Assembly (NCBI GenBank): GCA_009914755.4
Contig: CP068257.2
Span: forward strand, 12,128,001-12,192,000
Length of the DNA: 64,000 nt
Direction: 5' to 3'
From: the human T2T-CHM13v2.0 reference genome, Homo sapiens
Part shown: piece after piece, positions 52,500 to 64,000 of the stretch
Layout: each line of letters opens with the position of its first letter
Position numbering within the stretch: the stretch's first letter is position 1
Made by a program: the position numbers and the translations under genes
The notes under the pieces: model-generated
The model's database searches: none
Seen by the model: the letters and a program-made list of their open reading frames with translations, nothing else
Told to the model about the DNA's origin: nothing

Positions 52500-52716
52500 A
52501 GCTCAGCAGCTATTTTTAGTGTATTTTATGTGTGGCCCAAGAAAATTATTCTTCCGTTGTGGTCCAGGGAAGCCAAAAGTTGGACATTCCTGTGCTAAAC
52601 TATTCATAAGGGATCCACCCCATGATCCAATACCTCTCACTGGGCCCCACCTCCAACATGGGGGATCACATTTCAGCATGAGATTTGGAGGGGACACACA
52701 TACAAACTATATCAGG
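52034..52716 (-). repeat. THE1/MST-type ERVL-MaLR LTR, antisense, split by a roughly 245-bp nested insert (52342-52585) that contains (TG)n
   Basis: Reads gggtaatttattcatttatttttt...gaggtttatcttggttcagggttctgcaggctgcacaggaagc...gaggcctcaagaagcttacaatcatggcagaaggtgaagggaagccagtgtgtcacatggtcagagagggag...ctcactcacaaggggatagtgctaaacc...ccaccccatgatccaatacctctcactgggccccacctccaacatgggggatcacatttcagcatgagatttggaggggacacacatacaaactatatca. This is the reverse complement of the THE1/MST consensus, which begins TGATATGGTTTGG and ends ACTAATACA. Confidence 0.7.
52342..52585. mobile_element. Small nested element with loosely inverted ends and a 9-bp target-site duplication (GTGCTAAAC), carrying an internal (TG)28. 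Possibly a MITE-like hAT-type non-autonomous DNA element
   Basis: The direct repeat gtgctaaacc at 52330-52339 and gtgctaaact at 52586-52595 flanks the insert inside the MaLR. The left end reads agcttgtctaacctgcag...caggtcaaacagctttgaatgtggcccaaaacaaatttg. The reverse complement of the right end reads aggaatgtccaacttttggcttccctggaccacaacgg...cttgggccacacataaaatac, so the two arms mirror each other. (TG)n lies at 52443-52498. Confidence 0.4.
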
Positions 52717-54520
52717 TATATGTGCCCGTCATTGAGACAGGTTGTAGAGTATGCATACTTTCAGATGGGTCCTGTCATGTTATTTTCTGAAATGTTTAAA
52801 ACCATTGAATTTCCCATCCATTGCCCATAAAGGTTGTTTTCCTCATATCCTCATCACACAATGTTACGTAGGATTCTTATATTTTCTAAGCGAGTGGTGA
52901 AAATACAGATCTCATTTTATTGTGCACATTTGCATCTGTCATATTGTTAATAATGTATTGGAATTTTTCGGCCCATCTTTCTATTGAGTTGACTATCTTC
53001 TTTGTTCATTTGAAAATCAATCATATTCACTGTGCCCTAAGCACTGTCAACATTTTCTACTACTCTGTCACATGTCTGATAACCTTGCATGCCAGCCTTT
53101 ATTGAAATGAATCTTTATGATTTTTATACTCCTTCCAGAGTTTATGTATTTAAGTAAATTTTTTGGTTTAGTAAATCCTTTATTAAATTGTAACAACAGG
53201 CCCAAATCTCTGTTTTGTTGGGTTCATTCAGATTTAGAGTTCAGAAAACTTTTTGGTGGATAAATTCTTTTTATCATAATAAAGAAGGGCTATGATAATG
53301 CAATATGATTATTTCTGCTAATGCTTGTTGTTTTATAGCCTACTTTGTTTATGTGGTCAGGAGGACAAGACCTGAATGGCCTTGGCCAACTCAGCTTTCT
53401 GTACCTCCTGGTTCTCAGAATAATTTTAGAATGTTCCGAGAAGACAATATCCTGAGATAAGGAGAAACTGTCTGGGACAGTCTGGGCTCTGCCCTTGTTG
53501 TTCCTAGAACAGGATATTCCTGCAACTCTTAAACTCAGAGAGCCAAGTAGCACATGGGGAGTGAAACCTAGGGCAGAGCACTCAGGGGTTCCTCAGCTGC
53601 AGTACACAGTGGAGCATGTGCAGAGGAGACTCCATCAACCCTGGGCAACTTTTCTGACCTCAAGGGTCAGGCTTGCCATAGAACTTAGGCTTTTGCTGAT
53701 TCTTCCTGCTCCTCTGTGAGTGATAAATTTGGTTTATCTGACTTACTGTGTGAGCATTCTTCTGTTTCTGGCAGCTTGGTTTATATAAAAAAACCTCTTG
53801 CTAGACCTATGAATCTATGCAATGTGGAAGTGTCATAGAGGTAAATAGGAAGCAACTTAACTGAGTTGAAAACTAACATACACAACATGGGGCCACTGCA
53901 CCAAGGGGCAAAATGAGCTGGCCAAAAAGGCCACATGTGACAATGCCAGCCACACTGTGGAAGAAGAAGGATGCTGAAACTCAGAGAGATCTGAAGATCT
54001 TATCCAAGCCAACAGGAGGCAGGGAATTCCACTGTACTCTGATTCAAGAGTACAAGCTTCATCTCAGAGAAAAGCAATGCAATGGCCTCAGCGATCAGAC
54101 CAGAGAGACCCTCTGCCACAGAGAAAGCAGAGATCCAGAGAACAGCATGAAGACAATAGGAGACTTGAGACTCACTTTCACTTTGCCTTGAGGCCACAGA
54201 AAGCCCAAAGCATCTGAATATCTTCTTGGAGGCATTTTCCTAAAATAGAGCTATTGAAACTTGAAGAAAAATGTGAATCAAGAAGCTAAATTTAAAGATA
54301 TGTTATTTTCTCCTGCCCTTCCCCACAAATTAACCACAGGATGAGTCTAGTGAGATAAAGCATATCATTTATACAAAATACAGAAGTTACATATCCTTTA
54401 TGTGAGCAGAAATATGTTCAAATTTTACTCAATAAATGTATTTTGTTTTACTACTAGAAATAGTAATTTTCACTTGGTGATTACTTTATTTTATAATTAT
54501 TTCTATTTAAATTTGTATTA

Positions 54521-55027
54521 GCCCACTCCTGGGTATCTACCTAGAGGAAAATAAGTCATATGAAAAGACATTTGTACACACATTTATAGCAGCACAATTT
54601 GCAGTTGCTAAAATGTGGAACCAGGTTAAATGTCTATCAGCCAATGAGTGGACAAAGAAAATGTGTTATAGATACACCATGGAACTGCTCAGCCCTAAAA
54701 AGGAATGAAATAATGCCATTTGCAGCAATCTGGATGGAGTTAGAGATGATTATTCTAAGTGAAGTAACTCAGGAATAAAAAAACAAATATTGTATGTTCT
54801 CACTTATAAGTGGGAGCTAAGCTATGAGGGTGTAAAGACAGAAGAATGATATAAGGGACTCTGGGCACTCGGAGGGAAGGTTGGGGGGTTGAGGGATGAA
54901 AGACTACACATTGGGTACAGTGTACACGACTCGAGTAGTGCATACACCAAAATCTCAGAAAATCACCACCAAATAACTTTTCCATGTAACCAGAAACCAC
55001 TTGTTTCCCAAAAACTATTGAAATAAA
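54521..55027 (+). mobile_element. L1 3' end (older L1PB/L1MA-like), sense orientation
   Basis: Reads cccactcctgggtatctacctagaggaaaataagtcatatgaaaagacatttgtacacacatttatagcagcacaatttgcagttgctaaaatgtggaaccaggttaaatgtctatcagccaatgagtggacaaagaaaatgtgttatagatacaccatggaactgctcagccctaaaaaggaatgaaataatgccatttgcagcaatctggatggagttagagatgattattctaagtgaagtaactcaggaataaaaaaacaaatattgtatgttctcacttataagtgggagctaagctatgagg...ggttgggggg...aaaactattgaaataaa. This is collinear with the L1 ORF2 C-terminus and 3' UTR. Confidence 0.75.
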
Positions 55028-55088
55028 GTGATATGTATGAAAACAATGAATATGATAGTCTTGAGGTACAACATTCACTGGGTTTCAT

Positions 55089-56235
<1,147 letters not shown>

Positions 56236-56767
56236 GCACTGTAAATGTTAACAGTTACTGCAATTATCATTGTCTTATATCTCAATTAGAACCCAAATTC
56301 ATAATTTTATAGTTTTTCTTTTCTTAAAAAAATGGTATAAAATGACAGATAGCTGTCTTAGCCCCCTTTCTGCTCTGCCACCTTAATGTTGCTATGTAGT
56401 AGCTTTGTTACAATTCACTTACATACCCATGGTTTTATTTTCAATGTGAAGCCCTCTTTGAGTTCCATTCAATTTAGATTTAGAATTTGTATGCTCCAGG
56501 ATACCCTTTTTTTTTGTCAGTTTGTTTTAATTGGTCACAATTTGCCTGCATTATGGTCACATTATGTGGCTTTAATGGTACTGATTTGGGGTGCCTATTA
56601 TGACTTTCATTATGGTCTAATATGGCCATTTCTGTCCATTTCCCTGCTATATCCATTATTCTCATCTTCTTCACTAAGGGAGCATAGATTTATCTTTTAC
56701 AAGGAGCACAGTTTATATGTCTTTATTTATTTATCCTTATTTTATTATTTAATTTATAATTTGTTTT

Positions 56768-57049
56768 TGAAAAATGGTCTGTCTCCCAGGCTGGAGTGCA
56801 GTGGCATGAACATAGCTCACTGCAGCCTCCTGGGTTCCTGTGACCTCCCAGCTCAGACTCCTGAGTAGGTAGCACTTCAGGCATAACAGGTGTGCACCAC
56901 CACAGTCAGATTTTGTTTTGTTTTGTTTTTGTAGAGACTGGGTTTCATTATGCTGCCTGGACTGGTTTCAAGTTCCTGTGCTCAGGTGATTCTCCCACCT
57001 TGGCCTCCAAAATTGCCAGAATTACAGGCATGAGCCACCATGCCTGGCC
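56768..57049 (-). mobile_element. Alu (old, AluJ-like), antisense
   Basis: Reads ggtctgtctcccaggctggagtgcagtggcatgaacatagctcactgcagcctcctgggttcctgtgacctcccagctcagactcctgagtaggtagcacttcaggc...attacaggcatgagccaccatgcctggcc. Confidence 0.8.
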
Positions 57050-57984
57050 CTGATTAATGTCTTTAAATGAGTTTCCCAGTTTTTCTCATAACTGCAGTGA
57101 GCAGAGCTTATAGTCTTGGCCAATGTGAAATGCAGAATTCACTGGTTTGGATTTCTGAAAATCTGTTTGGAAAGGGAAGAGTTATTGTTCCTTTTTTCCC
57201 TTAATCATATTCCCTTTGCTCTCTCTGCTTGCTGCTCTCTGGAAATAGGATGAAATGCCCTGAGTCCAGTTTAGCACCTTGAAGACCATTGGAATGATGC
57301 TCCCAACAACACAATCTTCAATATACAAGATTTCTCACTCCCCAATGGCATGTTGGGTATCCATGGCTGCCCTGGACTATTTCTGGACTTGTTTCATAAA
57401 ACTAACCCCTAGTAGAACTAAGAAACAATTTTAGGAGAGATACTTATAATAAATTAAATGATAAACCTAAAAATGAATAAAACATATTATAAAAATAAGG
57501 AGAATAGACAAAATGGGCTTGCAGATGCTGACTGGCCACACATCCTTGGTGCTCACCCCCATGGATGCCTCACCAACTGTGACACTTGGAGAGCTGGCAG
57601 CCATCACTCAAGAAATCAGAACACAGTGGCCTCTACCACAGCATCAGGGAACAAAAACTAAGCCTGTCAGCTCTCAAGAAACATACTTATGTGTATGTAT
57701 ATATATATGACATAAATTCATTCAGTTACTTTGAGATATCTCATTGCTAAACAGATAAAATGAATTAAAACTAGTGCAAATTTCTGGCAACAGTACTTCA
57801 TCTCCCCATTATTTATCCAGGGCATTGAAAATTGGCACACATCACAGATCCTTAAGTCATTCTCTGAATCAGGAGGAGAAAAGAGGAGAACAGAGAGAGC
57901 TTACCATATGTGCCAGTCACTGGGCTGAGTGCTGTGCCTAAAGGATCCCACTTGATGCTTGAAATAACCCTGCAAGATCAAACT

Positions 57985-58040
57985 AAAAACTCATACACAC
58001 TCACACACACACACTCACACATACACACACATGCTCAAGC
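57985..58040. repeat. Imperfect (CA)n microsatellite
   Basis: Reads acacactcacacacacacactcacacatacacacacatgctcaagcacacac. Confidence 0.85.
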
Positions 58041-58090
58041 ACACACTAGAAACTACAGAAGAAAACATTGACAACTAATAGAAGTATAGT

Positions 58091-58190
58091 GCTGGCTAAG
58101 CACAGTGGCTCATGCCTGTAATCTCAGCACTTTAGGCCAGGAGTTCAAGACAAGCCTGGGCAACATAGCAAGACACCATCTCTACAAAAC
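58091..58190 (+). mobile_element. Alu left-monomer fragment (FLAM/FRAM-like)
   Basis: Reads gctggctaagcacagtggctcatgcctgtaatctcagcactttaggccaggagttcaagacaagcctgggcaacatagcaagacaccatctctacaaaac. Confidence 0.6.
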
Positions 58191-61100
58191 ATTTTCTTAG
58201 ATAAAAATCATTTTTAAAAAGTGGTATAATGTCTAAGGGCTCAGGGAAACAGTACCCCTATGGCTGTATGGTAAGCAGCAGGCAAGGCTACTTGTCAGAC
58301 CAAGGTGGTAGTGATTCCAGGGTTCCTTTGCACACTTATCCAGGAGCCTGGCTAGCTCAGCACTGCCTGGGTTTACTTTATACCTTCTACAGCTCTAAAG
58401 CTCTGGCAGGTGGGACCTAACCATAAGAGAAATTGCTATTACGCAGGACTCTCTTAACTGCAAGTGACTGAAACCTACTCGATCCAGGAGAACATTGAAT
58501 TACTTGACTCTAATTACTAAAAATATCCTTAAGTAGATGGGCTTCTGGCTCAGTGAGATCAGGGGTCAAATAATATCAACCAAGACTCATTCTGTCCCTT
58601 CATTTCCTGTGTCAGCTCTGCTTTTCATGCAAGCTATTTTGAGAGAACAGCAAAAATGGCCCCATAAATTCCATATAATTTACTTCCTTGCAAGTAACTG
58701 TGCCAATAAAAAGAAAGCACCTCATTCCCAGCAGTTTCATCAAAAGTGCAGGGATGACTTCCATCAGCCCAGCTTGGTTCACATGCCTGTCCCTGAATTA
58801 ATTACCCTGCTGATTGCCCAGGGTGGCCAGCCTCACCCCAATCACATGGACTAGTATTGAAAGAGTGGTCCTCACATGAAAAAAAAATGGAAGAATAGTG
58901 GCAGAGAAATATGGGAGGGAGGGCCTCATCTCTATATAAAAAGTATGAGCATATTTGTGTTCTTTTGTAAACTTATTGATATAGTCACTGGGGAAAAAAA
59001 TTGAGAAAAACCCACACACGACTTTCTACATGCCTCTGTGCTTTGTATTCAACACTGAGCTGTGACAACTGTAATTATTAAAACAAAACTTTGAAAGGAA
59101 GTAACAATTTAGGACAATGGGGACCCTTAGCTGATGCGACAGTGAGCAGTTCTTCTTTTGTGTGCATGAAGATGCAATTCCCAGGAGCCCGCCTGGGGTC
59201 TTCTAGAACAAGCATGTGGGCACCTACTGGCTGCAGTTCCACTTTTCCTTCCCTGGACTCTCGGGAGAAACAAGTTCTGGATTCAGCTGAACTGAGTTTA
59301 AGTTCAGGCTCTGTGACTCACTGGGTAAATCTCTTGCTCTCCTTGAGTCCCATATCCTCATTGGTAAAATGGAGAGGTAGAGTTATTGTTAGGTTTGGAA
59401 GGCAAGGCGAGGGTTAAAGAAAGACAGAGAGACAGTTGGTGGCTTCAACAGCAACATCTTTATTGCCAGCAAAACCCTGGGGAGGAGGAAACCAGCTTAG
59501 TGCCAGCACCAACTGCCACTCACAGGCTGGGGTAATCATGGGACTGGGAGGGAGGGATCTGGGTGGTAGAGCTTGCTGCCCAGCAGGATATGGCAAGGAT
59601 GTCCCTGCAGTCAGGCTGTTGGGCCTTTGCCCAGGAGGACGCGATAAGGATGTTTCTGCAGTCACGTGGTTAGGAAGGATGTTTCTCATGGCCCAAGTTC
59701 CCATGGAACGTTTCACTGTGATCAGAGTCTGCAAAATGGCTGGAGGTTTACAAAATGGTACAGGTTAGACTAACAGTAACATCTCCCAGGTAAGTGGTTC
59801 TACAAAGTAAACTTCCCTTGAGCATCTACACTGTACCAGACATGGTGCTAGGACCCAGGCCACAGGAGGAACAGGACAGATGAGGCCCCTGCCATCCTGG
59901 TGCTCACGTCTGATGAAGAAAGCTAACAGGTCATAAGACCAGGTCAGATGGTGGTGGTAATCAAAGACATTACCAGAGTGAGATGAGCTAGAAAGAAACT
60001 GAAGGAGCTCTTACAAACACAGTGACAGGTGGAGACCCCTCCAAAAGGTGACTTTTGAGCAGAAACCTGAGAAATGTGGAGGGGACTATGGAGAATGACA
60101 AGCCCCTGAAGCAACCCCAGGATTGGGAGGGCAAACCCGGCACCAGGAGGGCAATGGAATGGCCTGACCTGTGCGTCCTTCATGCTTCCTTTCTCAGTGA
60201 TGCACAAACAGAAACATGGGGCAATTTCGTGCAGGGTCCATGGATGAAACAAGAAGCAGCCGCACTGCAGAGCTGGAGTGGGGATAAAATCTGACCCAAC
60301 AGTAAAGCTAGAAGCAGGTGCTGCTTACCACTGACCACAGTGCAGGTCATGAAGCATAACCAGACCATGAAGGCACGTCCAGGGCCAGACCAGCTGGCCG
60401 GGCTGCCAACATCTTAGTAGAGATCCCAGGAGATCAGTTGAGCTGGTTAGGGGGAGAAAAAAAAAAACAGGAAAGCTTCAGAAAATTCCAGAGGACCCAT
60501 GACACTTAACATCAACTTCCCCCAAGTGGGATCTGTTTGTCATTGCTGGTTCTAAAGAGTTGGTTCCACCACCCCCACCTGCCCGTTGCCTAACCAGGGG
60601 AAAACTCAGGGTGGGGTCCACAGAAACAATCCCTCTGGAAGGGGAAAGGGTGTTTCTCATCCAAAACCAAGGGAAAACACCACTCATAAGGAGCAGAGGG
60701 GCCTGAAGGGAGAGACAGGATTCTGCTGCTCATTTGGATATCTGCTTCCCAGCAGGAAAGGGGACCACGCAGGATACAGTGTCTAAGTGGACCCTGTGCT
60801 GTGGGACTAGGGGGGCTGGTGCTGACTCACTGTTGGAGGTGAGCCACTATAGGAGGCTTAGAACCCCTCCCTGCAGCCTCTCCAGTCTAATAAGGGGATG
60901 GTAGTGTGGTCAGTGGGGGCATCCAGATGCAGTCAAAGGGCACAGTGAGTGATGTCTCCTCTGGCCTCCTCTTTCAGCTGCAGATTCTCCGAGTTACTGG
61001 AACAGCTTCTCCATGGCCCCACCAGCCTGGAGGGTGGTGACAGCTCCCAGATGACGCTAACCCCAGGGCCCTGCGCCATCACCCCTGGTTCCCCTTGGCC

Positions 61101-61864
61101 CTGCCCACACCTATGTAAACAGCTTTTTCTTAATGACCCTTCAGCCGCTTCGAGGTCCCTGCCAGTACCTGACTGCCACATTCCCCAAAGGGAACAGGCT
61201 CCTCAGCCCAGGAGCTGAGGTTTCTACAGGCACAGAGAAAACACTGTCCCAACTGTTGGAATGGAGTCGGGAGTGGAAAAAAGAACGTTTTTTCTCAATG
61301 CTTAGACTCACCAATTGTTTCATTTTATCACATGAAGGCTGTGTGGCATTTTGAAGTAGAATTAATAATCTACATAATTACAAATTATATTCTTAAAAGA
61401 AGGTGCTCAGTGCCATGCCTGACACATGGTGGAACTCCACGATGAGATGTGTGAGAAGCCAGGGTGCCATGGTTACAGACAAGGACTGCAGGTACAGACT
61501 GCTTGCTTCAAACCTGGACCAGCGGTGTGAATTTTGGCAACTCTCTGTATTGCTCTTTGCCACTGTTTTTTAATCTAACAACTAGAAGTAAAAACAAGGT
61601 TATTGTAAAAATTAAATGAATTAAAGTAAGCAGAGTGCCTACAACACCCCCAGGCACACAGTCAGCACTGAGCATGTTTTTCATTATACTCTTAAAGAGG
61701 TAAGAGTGAGAACACAGGTGCCAGCCATGAGCCTGGGTTTCTCTGGAGAGGCATCAGAGACTCTACTTTTAACATCCTCCATTCATTCATTTGACCCTGG
61801 TAAGGGAGGAGTCTCATGGGATACAAACAAGCATCCACCTTGGGGCCAGACTTCCCATGGTCAA

Positions 61865-61965
61865 AGTTGAACTCCACCACTGTTCAGCTGGGTGACTTTG
61901 GGCAAGTGACTTCCCCTCTCTGATCCTCATATTCCCTTTTGATAAAAACAGCACAATGGCAGGCC
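61865..61965 (+). repeat. MIR SINE core fragment
   Basis: Reads tcagctgggtgactttgggcaagtgacttcccctctctgatcctcatattcccttttgataaaaacagcacaatgg, resembling the MIR segment tgtgtgaccttgggcaagtcacttaacctctctgagcctcagtttcctcatctgtaaaatgg. Confidence 0.35.
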
Positions 61966-64000
61966 TATGGGGATTGAAGGAGCTGACAGAAAAATGTGTG
62001 CCTTAGTATAATTTTCCTGGAAGTAGATCCTGAGGCAAATATTCAAATACAAAAATTCTATTTGGAGATAACTCTAGGATAGTAATTCGACTGCCAGTTC
62101 TTCCTTAGGGTGCGTATCCCAGGAAACACCAGTAGAGGAGTGGGGAACTGAGACAGGAAAGGAATGCAGCAGTTAAAGGGACCTTCATCAAGAAAGTTTC
62201 CCCTGTGGCAGCCAGGACTCAGCCCTGCCAGGTACATCTGCAGAGACAGCACAGAACATGTGCCTCAGAGTCACCCACCCAAAGCAAGGGAGCTGGGGTA
62301 TTTATCCACCAATACCCACCAGTCACTCCTCAGGGATCCTTCCAAGGGCATGATTCCTCCAGAATGTCCTGCCTGATCTGCAAGTGTCAGACCAGGGGTT
62401 GAGGACAGGGACCCTGACAGTACCTCCAGCAATGAGCAGGAACACAGCCTGGTGTGGAGAGTTTCAGTCAGTGATTCCAACTCATACACTTACCCACACA
62501 CCACACTCCAGCCCCAACAATGTGTATATGTACACACACATACATGCATACATGACTGTTACCCACTTTGATCCTGGTGACTCCATGGGATATACAGTAA
62601 GGCAGAAATCAGAGGGAAGAGCAGAATTAAGGGGAGTGAAAATCTTAAGAAGAAAATGCAAATTTAGGCAGAAAATCAAGGGGGAAGAGGAGTGTTCTGG
62701 ACACCAAATGCTGGCTGGGTGGCACCTACTCTACACACACTGTCACTAATTATCCAAGAAGCCTTGTGGGGTAGAAGAAATTCCTCTTAATTTACAGATG
62801 ACAGAAATGTAGTCCAGAAAACTGACTTTACTAATGTCTCAGCAAGCTAGTGGGTGATAGATATGGACTCCCAGATCTTTCTGTCCACAGAGCCTATAAA
62901 TTCTTCCTTGTTAGGCAGGCTGCATACCAGGCCCTGCTTCTGGGCTCTGCTCCTTTTCCTGCTAGGCAATCGTGGCAGAATTGACAGAAATGTTATCCCC
63001 CTTCACCACCTGGAGCAGAGCCAATGAGAGGAGCTGGGGAACAGGCCATGAGGCCCTGCACCCACCATTCAATGTCTTCAGGATTGTGGTCCCTCAGAAC
63101 TCTTGCACCACATGATGGCATCACTCCTGGGTGTCTTCTGAGGTTGCATAGGATTCAGTAGAGGCCAGTGGCTGTGCTGTCATATCCTAAGAGGCAGCCA
63201 CGCAGGCTTGCGTCTCTTGGCTGCTTCAGCACCAGAGGTTGGACAGCGCCCATGCACTGAGGCCCTCGGGAGAATGGGAGGAGGGAAAGGAAGGGCAGAA
63301 TGGAGTGATGTAGTGTCCATCCACCATGTCCCTGGATGGAGAGACCCACACCGGGACCACCGCTGGTACTCATGAAGATGCCAGCCTCCATTTATATGTC
63401 CTCATCTGACAACTCCTTCCCATTTTCATCCTGGAGACAAGACCTCTGAACACATTAGCTCTGAGGGCACCTGAGTGTAACCTGAGACAGTCCCTGAAGA
63501 CTTTTCATCCAAGCAGGATCCCTCCCTTGCCATCTCCAGACCTGCCCCACAAGCTCCCTCCCGGGTCTCCTGGCTCTTGTTCACTCCTTCCAGGCAGCCT
63601 TCTACAGTCATCTCTAAAATATATCTGACTGTCCCTCCTTTATCCAGCACCTTCTATGGCTCCCCAGAGCCCTCCAGCTCAAGTTCAAGTTCTTTGATCA
63701 GACATTTGATCTCAAGCTGCATTCTACCTCCCAAATTAAGATACTGGAGAAGCCACCTTGCCCAGCACAAGTGCATCACTGAAGTCCCAAGTCTTGAACG
63801 TGGCCTTGGTCTTGAGGAAGTCATGAACACCCTGGCTAGTGAGGGTGCAGGGCTGCTCCAGGATGATGGTGTCTAAAGTTGTGCACAAGGTCACAGGCCC
63901 TGCAGAAGCATCACCCCTCAGGAATGGGTAGTACAGGAAGTCCATGCACAGGCAGATCTGCTGGTGCCATTACACTATGAGGGCACTGAGCTCAAATAGG

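Overview
This window is primate, almost certainly human, nuclear DNA. It carries about 14 Alu elements, L1PA-type 3' ends, a HERV-K LTR5, an LTR12 and ERVL-MaLR LTRs, so it is not a prokaryotic locus and no operon-like or defence system is possible here. The region is AT-rich, gene-poor and packed with repeats and pseudogenes. I see no intact multi-exon protein-coding gene and no tRNA or rRNA.

The most informative content is three intronless processed pseudogenes:
- A young retrocopy at about 8947-11475 (+). It has a perfect 14-bp target-site duplication, its coding-like part (8948-9455) has one in-frame stop, and its 3' UTR is long, GC-rich and ends in an Alu plus poly-A. Parent is probably SLX9/FAM207A, named from memory only.
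- A GXYLT1 (glucoside xylosyltransferase 1) pseudogene on the minus strand. The coding-like part is 40713-41941. The copy may extend as a roughly 7.5 kb full-length retrocopy (34480-42032) that later received a HERV-K solo LTR5 (6-bp duplication GATTTC) and an L1 3' fragment.
- A CNN2 (calponin-2) processed pseudogene at about 42957-45137 (+), with many frameshifts and an Alu nested in its 3' UTR flanked by its own target-site duplication.

Other content:
- A degenerate C2H2 zinc-finger (KZFP-type) pseudogene at about 55089-56235 (+), just downstream of an old L1 3' end.
- A short solo LTR12 (HERV9).
- A THE1/MST-type MaLR LTR carrying a small nested element with inverted ends and a 9-bp duplication.
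- Several microsatellites, including a 250-bp (GAAA)n, a (GA)n(GT)n compound and (TG)n/(CA)n runs.
- A 92-bp tandem duplication.
- Two inverted-repeat pairs of about 30-48 bp.

Every long ORF in the supplied track falls into one of these classes or is an artefact of a simple repeat or GC-rich UTR.
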